From: an uncultured Chloroflexia bacterium
GTDB lineage: Bacteria > Chloroflexota > Chloroflexia > QHBQ01 > JADMIH01
Assembly (NCBI GenBank): GCA_963797095.1
Contig: CAWCNY010000004.1
Location: 544,001 to 608,000 of the forward strand
DNA length: 64,000 nucleotides
Direction of reading: 5' to 3'
In this document: one piece after another, positions 10,046 to 18,294 of the stretch
Position numbering within the stretch: position 1 is the first letter of the stretch
Layout: each line of letters starts with the position of its first letter
The notes under the pieces: generated by a model
The model's input: only the letters and a program-made list of their open reading frames with translations
What the model was told of the DNA's origin: nothing
Databases searched by the model: none
Made by a program: the position numbers and the translations under genes

Positions 10046-10486
10046 TCAACTTGCCTCGCTGCCAATCCGGAAACCGCTGCAAAGCAAATCGAACTGTACG
10101 ATGCTTCCCTCCTCCAGCAGGCTATAGGTCTGTTGCTCTACCAGGTACCAGACGCCACCCTCGCGCAGGCGGAGGCGGTAGCCGACGTGCAGGCGATCGC
10201 CCACCCGGGTCATCTGCGAATCCTCCACGTTGAAGTGGTCCGCCTCGCCGAACCACTGTTCGAAATAGCGTATGAGGCCTCGCGCGCCAAGGGGCGTCAT
10301 CAGGCCGCCAGGTATCAGCAAGCGACAACGAACTTGTGGGTGGAAACGATCCGCGAGCTTCTCAAAGTCTCGCGTATCGAGGCACTGCACAATCTCCTCA
10401 CCCCACTGCTTCCAATCGCGATCTACTTGTGCGGTACCGACGGTTGTTGCTTGCACTATTGTGGGACCTCCTCGCAAGATCTTCAT
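10046..10486 (-). CDS. SnoaL/NTF2-like fold protein with C-terminal LLCSGF
   Basis: RDFEKLADRFHPQVRCRLLIPGG pattern; first gene of the SnoaL-TusA-DsrE operon. Confidence 0.75.
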   Translation of the reverse strand: MKILRGGPTIVQATTVGTAQVDRDWKQWGEEIVQCLDTRDFEKLADRFHPQVRCRLLIPGGLMTPLGARGLIRYFEQWFGEADHFNVEDSQMTRVGDRLHVGYRLRLREGGVWYLVEQQTYSLLEEGSIVQFDLLCSGFRIGSEAS

Positions 10487-10549
10487 GGCTCATCTGCCTC
10501 TGATGATCGGAATCATATATCGCAGACAGGCGTAGCGCATCGGGAAGGT

Positions 10550-10582
10550 TCCCCATATTGCCGCCCGCAGTCCCCTATATTG
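10550..10582 (-). promoter_or_regulatory. putative LAL-regulator operator (direct repeat)
   Basis: CAATATAGGGGA ... CAATATGGGGA with a 22-bp period, upstream of the SnoaL gene and divergent from the LAL regulator. Confidence 0.5.
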
Positions 10583-10772
10583 GCAGACCGCTCTTCATAG
10601 GTTCTGTGCCATATTAACATCGTCTGACGACCGGCGACCGGCCGCCTGAAACGTGAACACCAAATAATTCTGTGATCACTGAGTGCTCCATGCTCTCTGT
10701 GATCCAAACACTAAGAACCTTGGCAGTGAAGAAAGCAGTGATTGCTTACCCCGTCCGCCTATCATGTTGTAA

Positions 10773-13367
10773 ATGGAACTACTGGAGCGCGAGGCGCATA
10801 TGCAGGTGTTGGGAGCGGCCCTGGCTGGGGTAAGCTCGGGGCCGGGGCGCGTCGTGCTCGTGAGTGGAGAGGCGGGCATCGGTAAAACATCGCTGGTCAA
10901 GAACTTCGTAGCGCAATACTGCTCCGGGGTGCAGGTGCTTGTGGGCGCTTGCGATGCGCTCTTCACTCCTCGTCCCCTCGGCCCCATGCATGACGTTGCC
11001 CGGCTAGCGTACCCCGACCTGCTTGATCTGCTCAATTCGGGGAGTGGCGTGCTGCCGGTTGCCACTGCTTTTCTCGAGCGATTGAGGCAGAGCTCCTCGT
11101 CCAGTGTAGTAGTGATCGAGGACGTCCACTGGGCCGACGAGGCCACTCTGGACCTCCTCAAGTTCCTGGGCAGACGCATCGAACAGATTCATGCCCTGCT
11201 CATCCTCACCTACCGAGACGACGAGCTAGGAGCGCACCACCCGCTGCGCTTCCTGTTGGGCGACCTTCCCGTGCGCTCCACCACGCGCCTGGCACTGCCT
11301 CCACTATCCGAGGCGGCTGTTGCCTCGCTGGCGAGCCGTTCTGGCAGGGCCGCAGAGGGCCTTTACTCGATCACTGGGGGCAACCCATTTTTCGTGACCG
11401 AGGTGCTGGCCGGCCCAGAAGCGGATGTGCCGGACACCGTACGAGATGCGGTGCTTGGGCGCGCCTCCCGCCTTTCGCCTCCGGCGAGGCAAGTGCTCGA
11501 CCTGGCGTCGGTCGTGCCCGGGGCCGTCGAACAGTGGCTGCTGGAGGCCGTGCTAAATCCGGATGCCTGGGCAGTCGACGAGTGTATAGAGAATGGATTG
11601 CTCGTCACAGGCGACGGTACGCTGGCCTTCCGGCATGAGCTTGCCAGGCGAGCCGTCGAGAGCCCTCTCTCCGCAGCCGTTACGCGCACGCTACACGCCC
11701 AGGTGCTGCAGGCGTACATGGCCCAGGATATGGAACAGGTGTCGCTGGCCCGGCTGGTACATCACGCCACCCATGCAGGCGACCAGGCTACGGTGATGCG
11801 ACTTGCGCCCCTGGCAGCGCGACAGGCGAGCGCGTCGGGCGCGCACCGCGAAGCAGCCGCCCACTACGCTACCTCCCTCACCTACTCGGGCTTGCTAGCC
11901 CCTGAGGAGCGGGCGGATCTGCTAGAGAGCCTCTCATTCGAGCGCTATCTGACTGGTGCCCTGCAGGAAGCGATAGAGGTGCGCAGCGAAGCGACCGAGA
12001 TCAGGGGGCGCGCAGGCCAGCAGGAGAAAGCAGGCGATGACATTCGCTGGCTCTCCAGGATCTACTGGTTCTCGGGCCAGCGGCGGGAGGCCGAGCGCTA
12101 TGCGGATCAGGCGGTGGAGGTTCTCGAGCCGCTTGGGCCTGGGCAAGCGCTGGCCATGGCCTACAGCAACCGCTCCCAACTTTTCATATTGTCCGACGAG
12201 CCGGAGAAGGCAAGGCACTGGGGCAAGCGCGCAGTCGAAATGGCCGAGCAACTCGACGCGACCGATATTCTCGTGCATGCCCTCACCAACATAGGCACCG
12301 CCGAAATACAGACCGGGGGTATCGCCCGGCGTTCAACCCTGGAGAAGGCTCTCTCGATGGCCCTGCAACACAATATGCACGACCACACAGCGCGCTGCTA
12401 CGCCAACTTGAGCAGCGAAACCGTGCAGGACCATGATTACGCCCTGGCCGAACGGTATCTGAGGGAGGGCATCGCCTACACGGCGGCGCGCGACCTGGAC
12501 TCCTATGGCGTATATCTGTACGGGTGGCTGGCGCGCTTCCATTTCGAGCAGGGGAGGTGGCGAGAGGCCCAGGAGGCCGCCAGCGAGGTGCTCCGTGCGC
12601 ATGGAGGCGCATCCGTCATCCCGATCCCGGCGCTGATCGTGCTGGGCCATCTGAACGTGCGGCGGGGCAATCCGGCAGCAGCAGGCTTCCTCGATGCGGC
12701 CCGCGAGCTGGCCATGCCCACAGGTGAACTACAGCGCATCGGCCCGCTGGCGGTGGCCAGGGCCGAAGCCGCCTGGTGGCGGAGGGACCAGGCGGCGTGC
12801 CTCGCCGAGGCCCAGGTGGCCTACGACCTGGCCCTGGCAGGCAATGACACCTGGGCACTGGGGGCAATAGCCTTTTGGATGTGGCGGGCAGGCGGCTTGG
12901 CCGGGCCTCCAGAGCGCGCCCCCAAACCGCATAAGCTGATGATGGACAGACAGTGGATCGCGGCTGCACGTGAATGGGAGCATATAGGCTGCCCTTACGA
13001 GCAGGCGCTGTGCCTCGCTGAGGGCGACGAGGCGGATCGGCTGCGAGCGCTGAAGATCTTCGAGCGCCTGGGCGCAGAGCCTGCCATGAGCGACCTCAAG
13101 CGAACTCTGCACGCCATGGGTGTGAAAGGCATCCCGCGTGGTCCGCGCCCCGCCACCCGCGCCAATCCTTTCGGCCTAACCAAGCGCGAGCGAGAAGTAC
13201 TTGCTCACATGGAGCAGGGCCTCAGCAACGCAGAAATCGGCGAGCGCATGTCCATCTCCCCTAAGACCGTGGACCACCACGTCTCCTCGGTGCTGTCCAA
13301 ATTGCACGCGCACACCAGGAACGAGGCCGCAGCCATAGCACGGCGGGCACCATTGAACGGTGGATGA
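10773..13367 (+). CDS. LAL/MalT-like transcriptional regulator (AAA ATPase, TPR, LuxR HTH)
   Basis: GEAGIGKT, VIEDVHWAD, TGGNPFF and C-terminal LTKREREVL...SNAEI...KTVDHHVS. Confidence 0.93.
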   Translation: MELLEREAHMQVLGAALAGVSSGPGRVVLVSGEAGIGKTSLVKNFVAQYCSGVQVLVGACDALFTPRPLGPMHDVARLAYPDLLDLLNSGSGVLPVATAFLERLRQSSSSSVVVIEDVHWADEATLDLLKFLGRRIEQIHALLILTYRDDELGAHHPLRFLLGDLPVRSTTRLALPPLSEAAVASLASRSGRAAEGLYSITGGNPFFVTEVLAGPEADVPDTVRDAVLGRASRLSPPARQVLDLASVVPGAVEQWLLEAVLNPDAWAVDECIENGLLVTGDGTLAFRHELARRAVESPLSAAVTRTLHAQVLQAYMAQDMEQVSLARLVHHATHAGDQATVMRLAPLAARQASASGAHREAAAHYATSLTYSGLLAPEERADLLESLSFERYLTGALQEAIEVRSEATEIRGRAGQQEKAGDDIRWLSRIYWFSGQRREAERYADQAVEVLEPLGPGQALAMAYSNRSQLFILSDEPEKARHWGKRAVEMAEQLDATDILVHALTNIGTAEIQTGGIARRSTLEKALSMALQHNMHDHTARCYANLSSETVQDHDYALAERYLREGIAYTAARDLDSYGVYLYGWLARFHFEQGRWREAQEAASEVLRAHGGASVIPIPALIVLGHLNVRRGNPAAAGFLDAARELAMPTGELQRIGPLAVARAEAAWWRRDQAACLAEAQVAYDLALAGNDTWALGAIAFWMWRAGGLAGPPERAPKPHKLMMDRQWIAAAREWEHIGCPYEQALCLAEGDEADRLRALKIFERLGAEPAMSDLKRTLHAMGVKGIPRGPRPATRANPFGLTKREREVLAHMEQGLSNAEIGERMSISPKTVDHHVSSVLSKLHAHTRNEAAAIARRAPLNGG

Positions 13368-13510
13368 AGAGATGATGGCCGAAGGCGGTCTCTCGGTAAA
13401 TCTATTCCTGCATCCTTGCGACCCAGCCATTAAAAATGTGCTTGGATTTCTTACGATCCGGGCCAATGACTTGTCCAATACAACCAATCATGTACCCAGC
13501 CTACTGTTAT

Positions 13511-13879
13511 CGACTTTCACAGCGGCTAAGACCCTCGCCTTCAGGCGTAGGGATACAGCCGCCACTACCAAGTAGCGCGTAGGGCTCCCTACCAAGTAGC
13601 GCGTAGGGCTCCCTACCAAGTAGGGTGGTTGTAAGTCTGTGCATAAAGTCCTCCAAAGTGGCATGATATCTGTGACGGAGAAGGAGAATAGCCTCCCGTT
13701 GTACCCCTTCCCCTGGTTCGTACTTTGGCAGTAGGATACGTATGGGGTTGTAGTCTCAAAGTCTCAGACTACGTAAAATGTATCGAGCGTCAGCTTGTAC
13801 AAACCTAATGACTGTAGGGCGGTACAGTATCAGTGAAAAACTGTAGAAGCCCCTGAGTTCACTCATGGGGAGCCGTCAC
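13511..13879 (+). mobile_element. non-autonomous IS200/IS605 element with omegaRNA-like body (element 2)
   Basis: TTAT followed by the left-end hairpin GCGGCTAAGACCCTCGCCTTCAGGCGTAGGGATACAGCCGC. Internal TGgCATGAT at 13659-13667. Right end GAAGCCCCTGAGTTCACTCATGGGGAGCCGTCAC. Confidence 0.8.
13565..13623. repeat. 24-bp tandem repeat (about 2.5 copies)
   Basis: CTACCAAGTAGCGCGTAGGGCTCC x2 plus CTACCAAGTAG. Confidence 0.95.
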
Positions 13880-13984
13880 TCTATCAGGTCGACTTGCCCC
13901 TTTGATAAGTCAAAGCCAAAGAGAGAAACCTCGGACTGCGTCTCACCCCATCTACCTTAAGGTGCTGAGCGGTAAATACGTCGA

Positions 13985-14105
13985 GTTAGCCCTCTACGAG
14001 CGCGCTCATAGAAGACCCGACGGCACTGCCTGCAACGGTAGACCTTGTAGCCGAGAGAGGCTTTCCTGGTAAGCTGGGTACCATGTCTCTCTTTCTGACA
14101 CAACT
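13985..14105 (-). pseudogene. possible IS6-family transposase N-terminal remnant
   Basis: A minus frame reads SLGYKVYRCRQCRRVFYER, resembling the IS6 zinc finger. GTTGTGTCAGAAA IR-like sequence lies upstream. Confidence 0.4.
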
Positions 14106-14137
14106 ACCCTATTTAACCCTATCGCCCGGTTTTCCCA

Positions 14138-14347
14138 TCAATCGTGCGGGTGTTCCTGCGTGTTGCACCCATTGGCGCATCGCCACCAGCCATCGGGCAT
14201 GCGCCCGCTCGATGGGATATCCACCGTCCATCTGTTACCGCAAACTCCGCAAGCAAATGTTCCCCGTTGAGCATCAATCACCTCGACATTGTGCTTGCGC
14301 AGCGCGTCCCTGATCGACCTCTTAAGCTGGTTCAGTTGGTCCTTCAT
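14138..14347 (-). CDS. small Cys-rich (CxxC...CxxxC) putative zinc-binding protein
   Basis: GGAGG RBS; 69 aa with FACGVCG...WWRCANGCN. Confidence 0.6.
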   Translation of the reverse strand: MKDQLNQLKRSIRDALRKHNVEVIDAQRGTFACGVCGNRWTVDIPSSGRMPDGWWRCANGCNTQEHPHD

Positions 14348-14588
14348 CTACCTACCTCCACCTTTATTTTCCGAGATTATAGCAGAACAAACCCGATTCT
14401 GGATCGACAACACTTCCGCCACCTATAGCAAAACGACAAACTAGGCAGAGTCGAAACCGGCAGCCTCGGCAGATATTCGCATATGGGTATTTTTGCCGGG
14501 CTTAGTACTTGAGCGTGCTATACTATCGCTGTCTCTACCGGAGATCTTTCCGGCATTGATAGATCGATTGAAAGGATGGAAGCAACGG

Positions 14589-14858
14589 ATGCGCAACGGC
14601 ATATGTCCTAAGTGTGGCTCCAATGATGTATACACGGGCGCGAGCGTGCCTGCTAAAACGAATTCTTATGGCATGAATGCCGTCCCCATACGAGGCGGTA
14701 TCTACTTCTCCCCCTCCACGGCGGTCCTTGACAATTACGTCTGCGTCCGCTGTGGCTACGTCGAGAGCTACATCTCCGACCGTAAGAAGCTTGACGAAAT
14801 CGCCGAGCGCTGGCCTAAAGTAGAGCCGGGGTCAGGCCCATCCAAAGAGATAAAGTAA
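14589..14858 (+). CDS. small zinc-ribbon protein
   Basis: MRNGICPKCGS...YVCVRCGYVESY; start re-picked at ATG 14589. Confidence 0.7.
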   Translation: MRNGICPKCGSNDVYTGASVPAKTNSYGMNAVPIRGGIYFSPSTAVLDNYVCVRCGYVESYISDRKKLDEIAERWPKVEPGSGPSKEIK

Positions 14859-15014
14859 CTTGAACACATAACCCGACCGCTAACTCCGTGTTCCACCACC
14901 GCCCACCTGGTGGGGGTTCAAAACTGATAAGCACGCCCCAACAGAGAGCCGAGTGGCTCTCTTCTTGATTCCTGCGCACGCTCTATCTCCCCACGTGCTC
15001 GCCCCCGGCAGATG

Positions 15015-15079
15015 CTTATGCTTTTCTTACACTTTCGCACGCGATTCTTATGCCTTGCTTATGCGCTTCCTCGTACGCT
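15015..15079 (+). promoter_or_regulatory. KdpE-like four-box operator and -10 upstream of the APC transporter
   Basis: CTTATGC, CTTACAC, CTTATGC, CTTATGC at 15015, 15026, 15047 and 15058; TACGCT at 15074. Confidence 0.75.
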
Positions 15080-15138
15080 TGTAGTAGCATATAGATTCCC
15101 CTAACGTTACAGTTTCGCAAGGGAGGCGCACAGGGTAA

Positions 15139-17580
15139 ATGAACGAACCCGAACAACACGAGACAATTGATGATGCACATATAACTTCGGTCGACAGGCA
15201 AACAGAGCAAAATACATCCACTTCTAATCCCGCCAATGGTCACACAGCCGAACAGGTACCGCGTAGGCACAAAATCAAGATCATGTCGGGGAGCAGCAAC
15301 GACGGCGTCGAGAAAGAACCGCTTCCTACTCCTGGACCGGCAATCCACAAGCCCACCGAACACAATGACAACGGGCGTGAGCCGGAAGCACTCCACACAG
15401 ACAGCCCGCCACGCGCAACTATTGCCCCTCCCCCACAATCCCAGGAGCACAAGACTCGCCACGACCTCCGCCAGGAAGAGATCGTGCTTGGCAGCAGGCC
15501 AGGCGACCGTTATGTTCGCTACGACCTCAATGTAGGGCCATTCCGCCGCAAGGGAAGGGGCGTGCTGGCTGCCTCCCTCGATACCCAGACTCCCCGGAGC
15601 CGTCTGGGCCACATAATCGCAGGCTTCAAACGCGTGCTGATCGGCACCCCCATCAGCAACGAGCTTGCCATTCACCAGCGCCTCACCAAGCTCAAGGCGC
15701 TCGCCGTATTCTCCTCCGACCCCTTATCCTCCGTAGCTTACGCCACCGAGGAAATCGTGCGCGTGCTGATACTCGCCGCCGCTGCTGGCGCGCTGACCCT
15801 GATCATGCCGATCGGTCTTGCCGTCATCCTCCTGCTGGCAATCGTCGCTTCGTCCTACAGGCAAACCATCGCGGCCTACCCACGCGGCGGCGGCTCCTAC
15901 ATCGTCGCCAAAGACAACCTCGGCACCCTTCCCGGTCTCGCTGCCGGTGCCTCCATTCTCATCGACTACACAATGACCGTTGCCGTCAGCGTGTCGGCGG
16001 GCATCGCCGCAATCTATTCCCTCTTCCCTGAGTTGCGCGCTCATCGTGTCGAGATGTGCCTGGCCGCTATCCTCCTCATCACTGTCGCCAATCTGCGCGG
16101 CGTGCGTGAGGCAGGCAACATTTTCGCCGTACCCACCTATCTCTTTGTAGCGGGTGTGCTCGGCCTGATCGCGTTCGGGCTTCTCAGGCTCTTCTTCGGC
16201 GTGGGCGGCGCACCCGTCTACGTCCCCCCCTCGGAGACCCTTCAGGTCGGAGCCGACGGTCTATCCCTCTTCCTCATCTTGAGAGCCTTCACCCAGGGCT
16301 GCACCGCCCTCACCGGCGTCGAAGCGATCTCCGATGGTGTGCCCGCGTTCAAGCCGCCTGAGGCCAATAACGCCCGCGCCACGCTCCTACTGATGGCGGT
16401 ACTCGCTATCACGATGTTCGGTGGGATTACTTTCCTCGCCAACCAGTTAGCGATAGCGCCAAGTGACCAGGAAACGGTCCTTTCGCAGATAGCCCGCACC
16501 ATCTTCCCCCAGTTCGGTGAAGCTAACCCGCTCTGGTACTACATCCAGATCGCAACCGCCCTGATCCTCGTACTTGCCGCCAATACCGCCTTCTCCGACT
16601 TCCCGCGCCTCTCTTACTTCCTCGCCCGCGACCGCTTCATGCCTCACCAGTACGCCTTCAAGGGTGACCGCCTCGCCTTCTCCTGGGGCATAATCACCCT
16701 CGCCGTCGTCGCCTGCATCCTCATCATCGCCTTCAACGGTGACACAACCGCCCTCATACCGCTCTACACTGTCGGCGTCTTCAATTCCTTCACCCTCTCC
16801 CAGAGCGGCATGGTCGTCCGCTGGTGGCGCACCCGCACCCCCGGCTGGAAACGCAGCATGACCATCAACGGCCTCGGCGCGCTCGTAACCTTCCTGGTCC
16901 TAATAGTCTCTGCCATCACCAAATTCATATCGGGAGCCTGGATCGTGCTCGCCCTTATCCCGATCCTGATCATGCTCTTCCTTGCCATCAACAAGCATTA
17001 CCGCCACGTAGCCAATGAAGTCCAGGAAGCCGTGCCCATCCTTCGAGAATCGTACAAGCATACCTTCATCGTGCCCATCGCGAGCCTCAACCCCGTGACT
17101 CTCAGCGCGCTGGCATACGCTCGTTCGCTGAGTAACAACGTAACCGCAGTCCATATCGCAGAAGGAGAAGACCCCGAGGAGGCCGAGCAATTCAGCAGGC
17201 AATGGAACTCATCCGTGCCCGATAAGGACGTAGCGCTGGCGATCATAGAATCGCCCTACCGGTCGCTCATAGGACCTCTGCTTGCCTACATAGACGCCCT
17301 GGACCGCCAGAGTCCCGACGACACCGTGACCATAGTGCTCCCTGAGATCCTCCCTGCCAGGCCCTGGGAGTACCTGCTGCACAACCAGAGCGCCCTGCGC
17401 CTCAAGGCAGCTCTGCTTTTCAGGCCGAACACCGTGGTGGCCGATGTGCCCTTCTTACTTGGCAAGCGGAGCGCGGCCACCCCACAAACGCCCGGTCGAG
17501 CATCCCTGGTCCCATTCACCTGGGCACCTTTGGCTGTGCTGCTGGGGATACTCCTTGTCCTCTACCTGATCGTCAGGTGA
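15139..17580 (+). CDS. APC-superfamily permease, KimA/YdaO-like (putative K+ importer)
   Basis: FSSDPLSSVAYATEE, YPRGGGSY, ALTGVEAISDGVPAFK, C-terminal cytoplasmic domain SPYRSL...LHNQ. Confidence 0.88.
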   Translation: MNEPEQHETIDDAHITSVDRQTEQNTSTSNPANGHTAEQVPRRHKIKIMSGSSNDGVEKEPLPTPGPAIHKPTEHNDNGREPEALHTDSPPRATIAPPPQSQEHKTRHDLRQEEIVLGSRPGDRYVRYDLNVGPFRRKGRGVLAASLDTQTPRSRLGHIIAGFKRVLIGTPISNELAIHQRLTKLKALAVFSSDPLSSVAYATEEIVRVLILAAAAGALTLIMPIGLAVILLLAIVASSYRQTIAAYPRGGGSYIVAKDNLGTLPGLAAGASILIDYTMTVAVSVSAGIAAIYSLFPELRAHRVEMCLAAILLITVANLRGVREAGNIFAVPTYLFVAGVLGLIAFGLLRLFFGVGGAPVYVPPSETLQVGADGLSLFLILRAFTQGCTALTGVEAISDGVPAFKPPEANNARATLLLMAVLAITMFGGITFLANQLAIAPSDQETVLSQIARTIFPQFGEANPLWYYIQIATALILVLAANTAFSDFPRLSYFLARDRFMPHQYAFKGDRLAFSWGIITLAVVACILIIAFNGDTTALIPLYTVGVFNSFTLSQSGMVVRWWRTRTPGWKRSMTINGLGALVTFLVLIVSAITKFISGAWIVLALIPILIMLFLAINKHYRHVANEVQEAVPILRESYKHTFIVPIASLNPVTLSALAYARSLSNNVTAVHIAEGEDPEEAEQFSRQWNSSVPDKDVALAIIESPYRSLIGPLLAYIDALDRQSPDDTVTIVLPEILPARPWEYLLHNQSALRLKAALLFRPNTVVADVPFLLGKRSAATPQTPGRASLVPFTWAPLAVLLGILLVLYLIVR

Positions 17581-17592
17581 TCTCCCTGCCCA

Positions 17593-18291
17593 TTACTCGA
17601 TGTCAAGGAAGCGATACCCAACGCCCGGTTCTGTAATAATATAGGCCGGGCGTTCCGGGCGCTCCTCGATCTTGCCCCTCAACTGCCCGATGTAAACTCG
17701 AAGCAGTTGCATATCGCTCACATATTCCGGCCCCCACACCCTGTGCAACAGCGTCCGGTGCGTCACCAGCTTCCCGGCGTGACGCATCAACATCTCCAAC
17801 AAACTGAACTCGGTCGGACTGAGGTGCACGGGCGATCCCCGCACCTTTAGCTCATGCCGGTCGAGATCGAGCGCTACGTCACCGATCACGATCTGCGATG
17901 GTGCTGGTTCCTCCCGTTGGGCCTGGCCGCGATGCCGTAACGCCACCCGAATGCGCGCCAGTAGCTCGCCCATTCCGAATGGCTTGGTCAGATAATCGTC
18001 CGCTCCGTTATCCAAGGCTGCTATCTTGTCGCTCTCGGCATCCCGCACCGAAAGCACGATGATCGGTGCCTCCGTCCTCTCCCGCAATCTCTTTGCCAGC
18101 TCAACCCCATCTACATCAGGCAAACCGAGATCAAGCAGGATCACATCCGGCGAGAAGCTAACCACTTGAGCGAGGCCATCCGCCCCATTATCCACTGTAC
18201 TCACCGCAAATCCATGCCCCTGGAGAGACGGCCTTAAGGCCCTCGCTATAGCAGGTTCATCATCTATCACAAGTACGCGCACATCCGGCAT
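17593..18291 (-). CDS. kdpE: OmpR-family response regulator, KdpE-like
   Basis: DLGLPD, ALDNGADDYLTKPFG, LRVYIGQLRGKIE...P.YIITEPGVGYRF. Confidence 0.88.
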   Translation of the reverse strand: MPDVRVLVIDDEPAIARALRPSLQGHGFAVSTVDNGADGLAQVVSFSPDVILLDLGLPDVDGVELAKRLRERTEAPIIVLSVRDAESDKIAALDNGADDYLTKPFGMGELLARIRVALRHRGQAQREEPAPSQIVIGDVALDLDRHELKVRGSPVHLSPTEFSLLEMLMRHAGKLVTHRTLLHRVWGPEYVSDMQLLRVYIGQLRGKIEERPERPAYIITEPGVGYRFLDIE

Positions 18292-18294
18292 AAG

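Larger units (their letters stand above)
2600..13430. mobile_element. degenerate genomic island at tRNA-Gln 3' end (no integrase seen)
   Basis: ATCCTTGCGCCCCAGCCAT (2600-2618) recurs as ATCCTTGCGACCCAGCCAT (13412-13430), 18/19 identical. The contents are accessory or decayed genes. Confidence 0.65.

Noticed and set aside
13565-13623. Possible CRISPR array
   Set aside because: Repeats are directly adjacent with no spacers, and there are no cas genes in the window.
14870-14890. AACCCGACCGCTAACTCCG resembling the 3' part of the c-di-AMP (ydaO) riboswitch upstream of the KimA-like gene
   Set aside because: The conserved 5' half is not visible, and the motif lies upstream of the predicted promoter at 15015-15079. 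A cmsearch with the ydaO-yuaA model would settle it.
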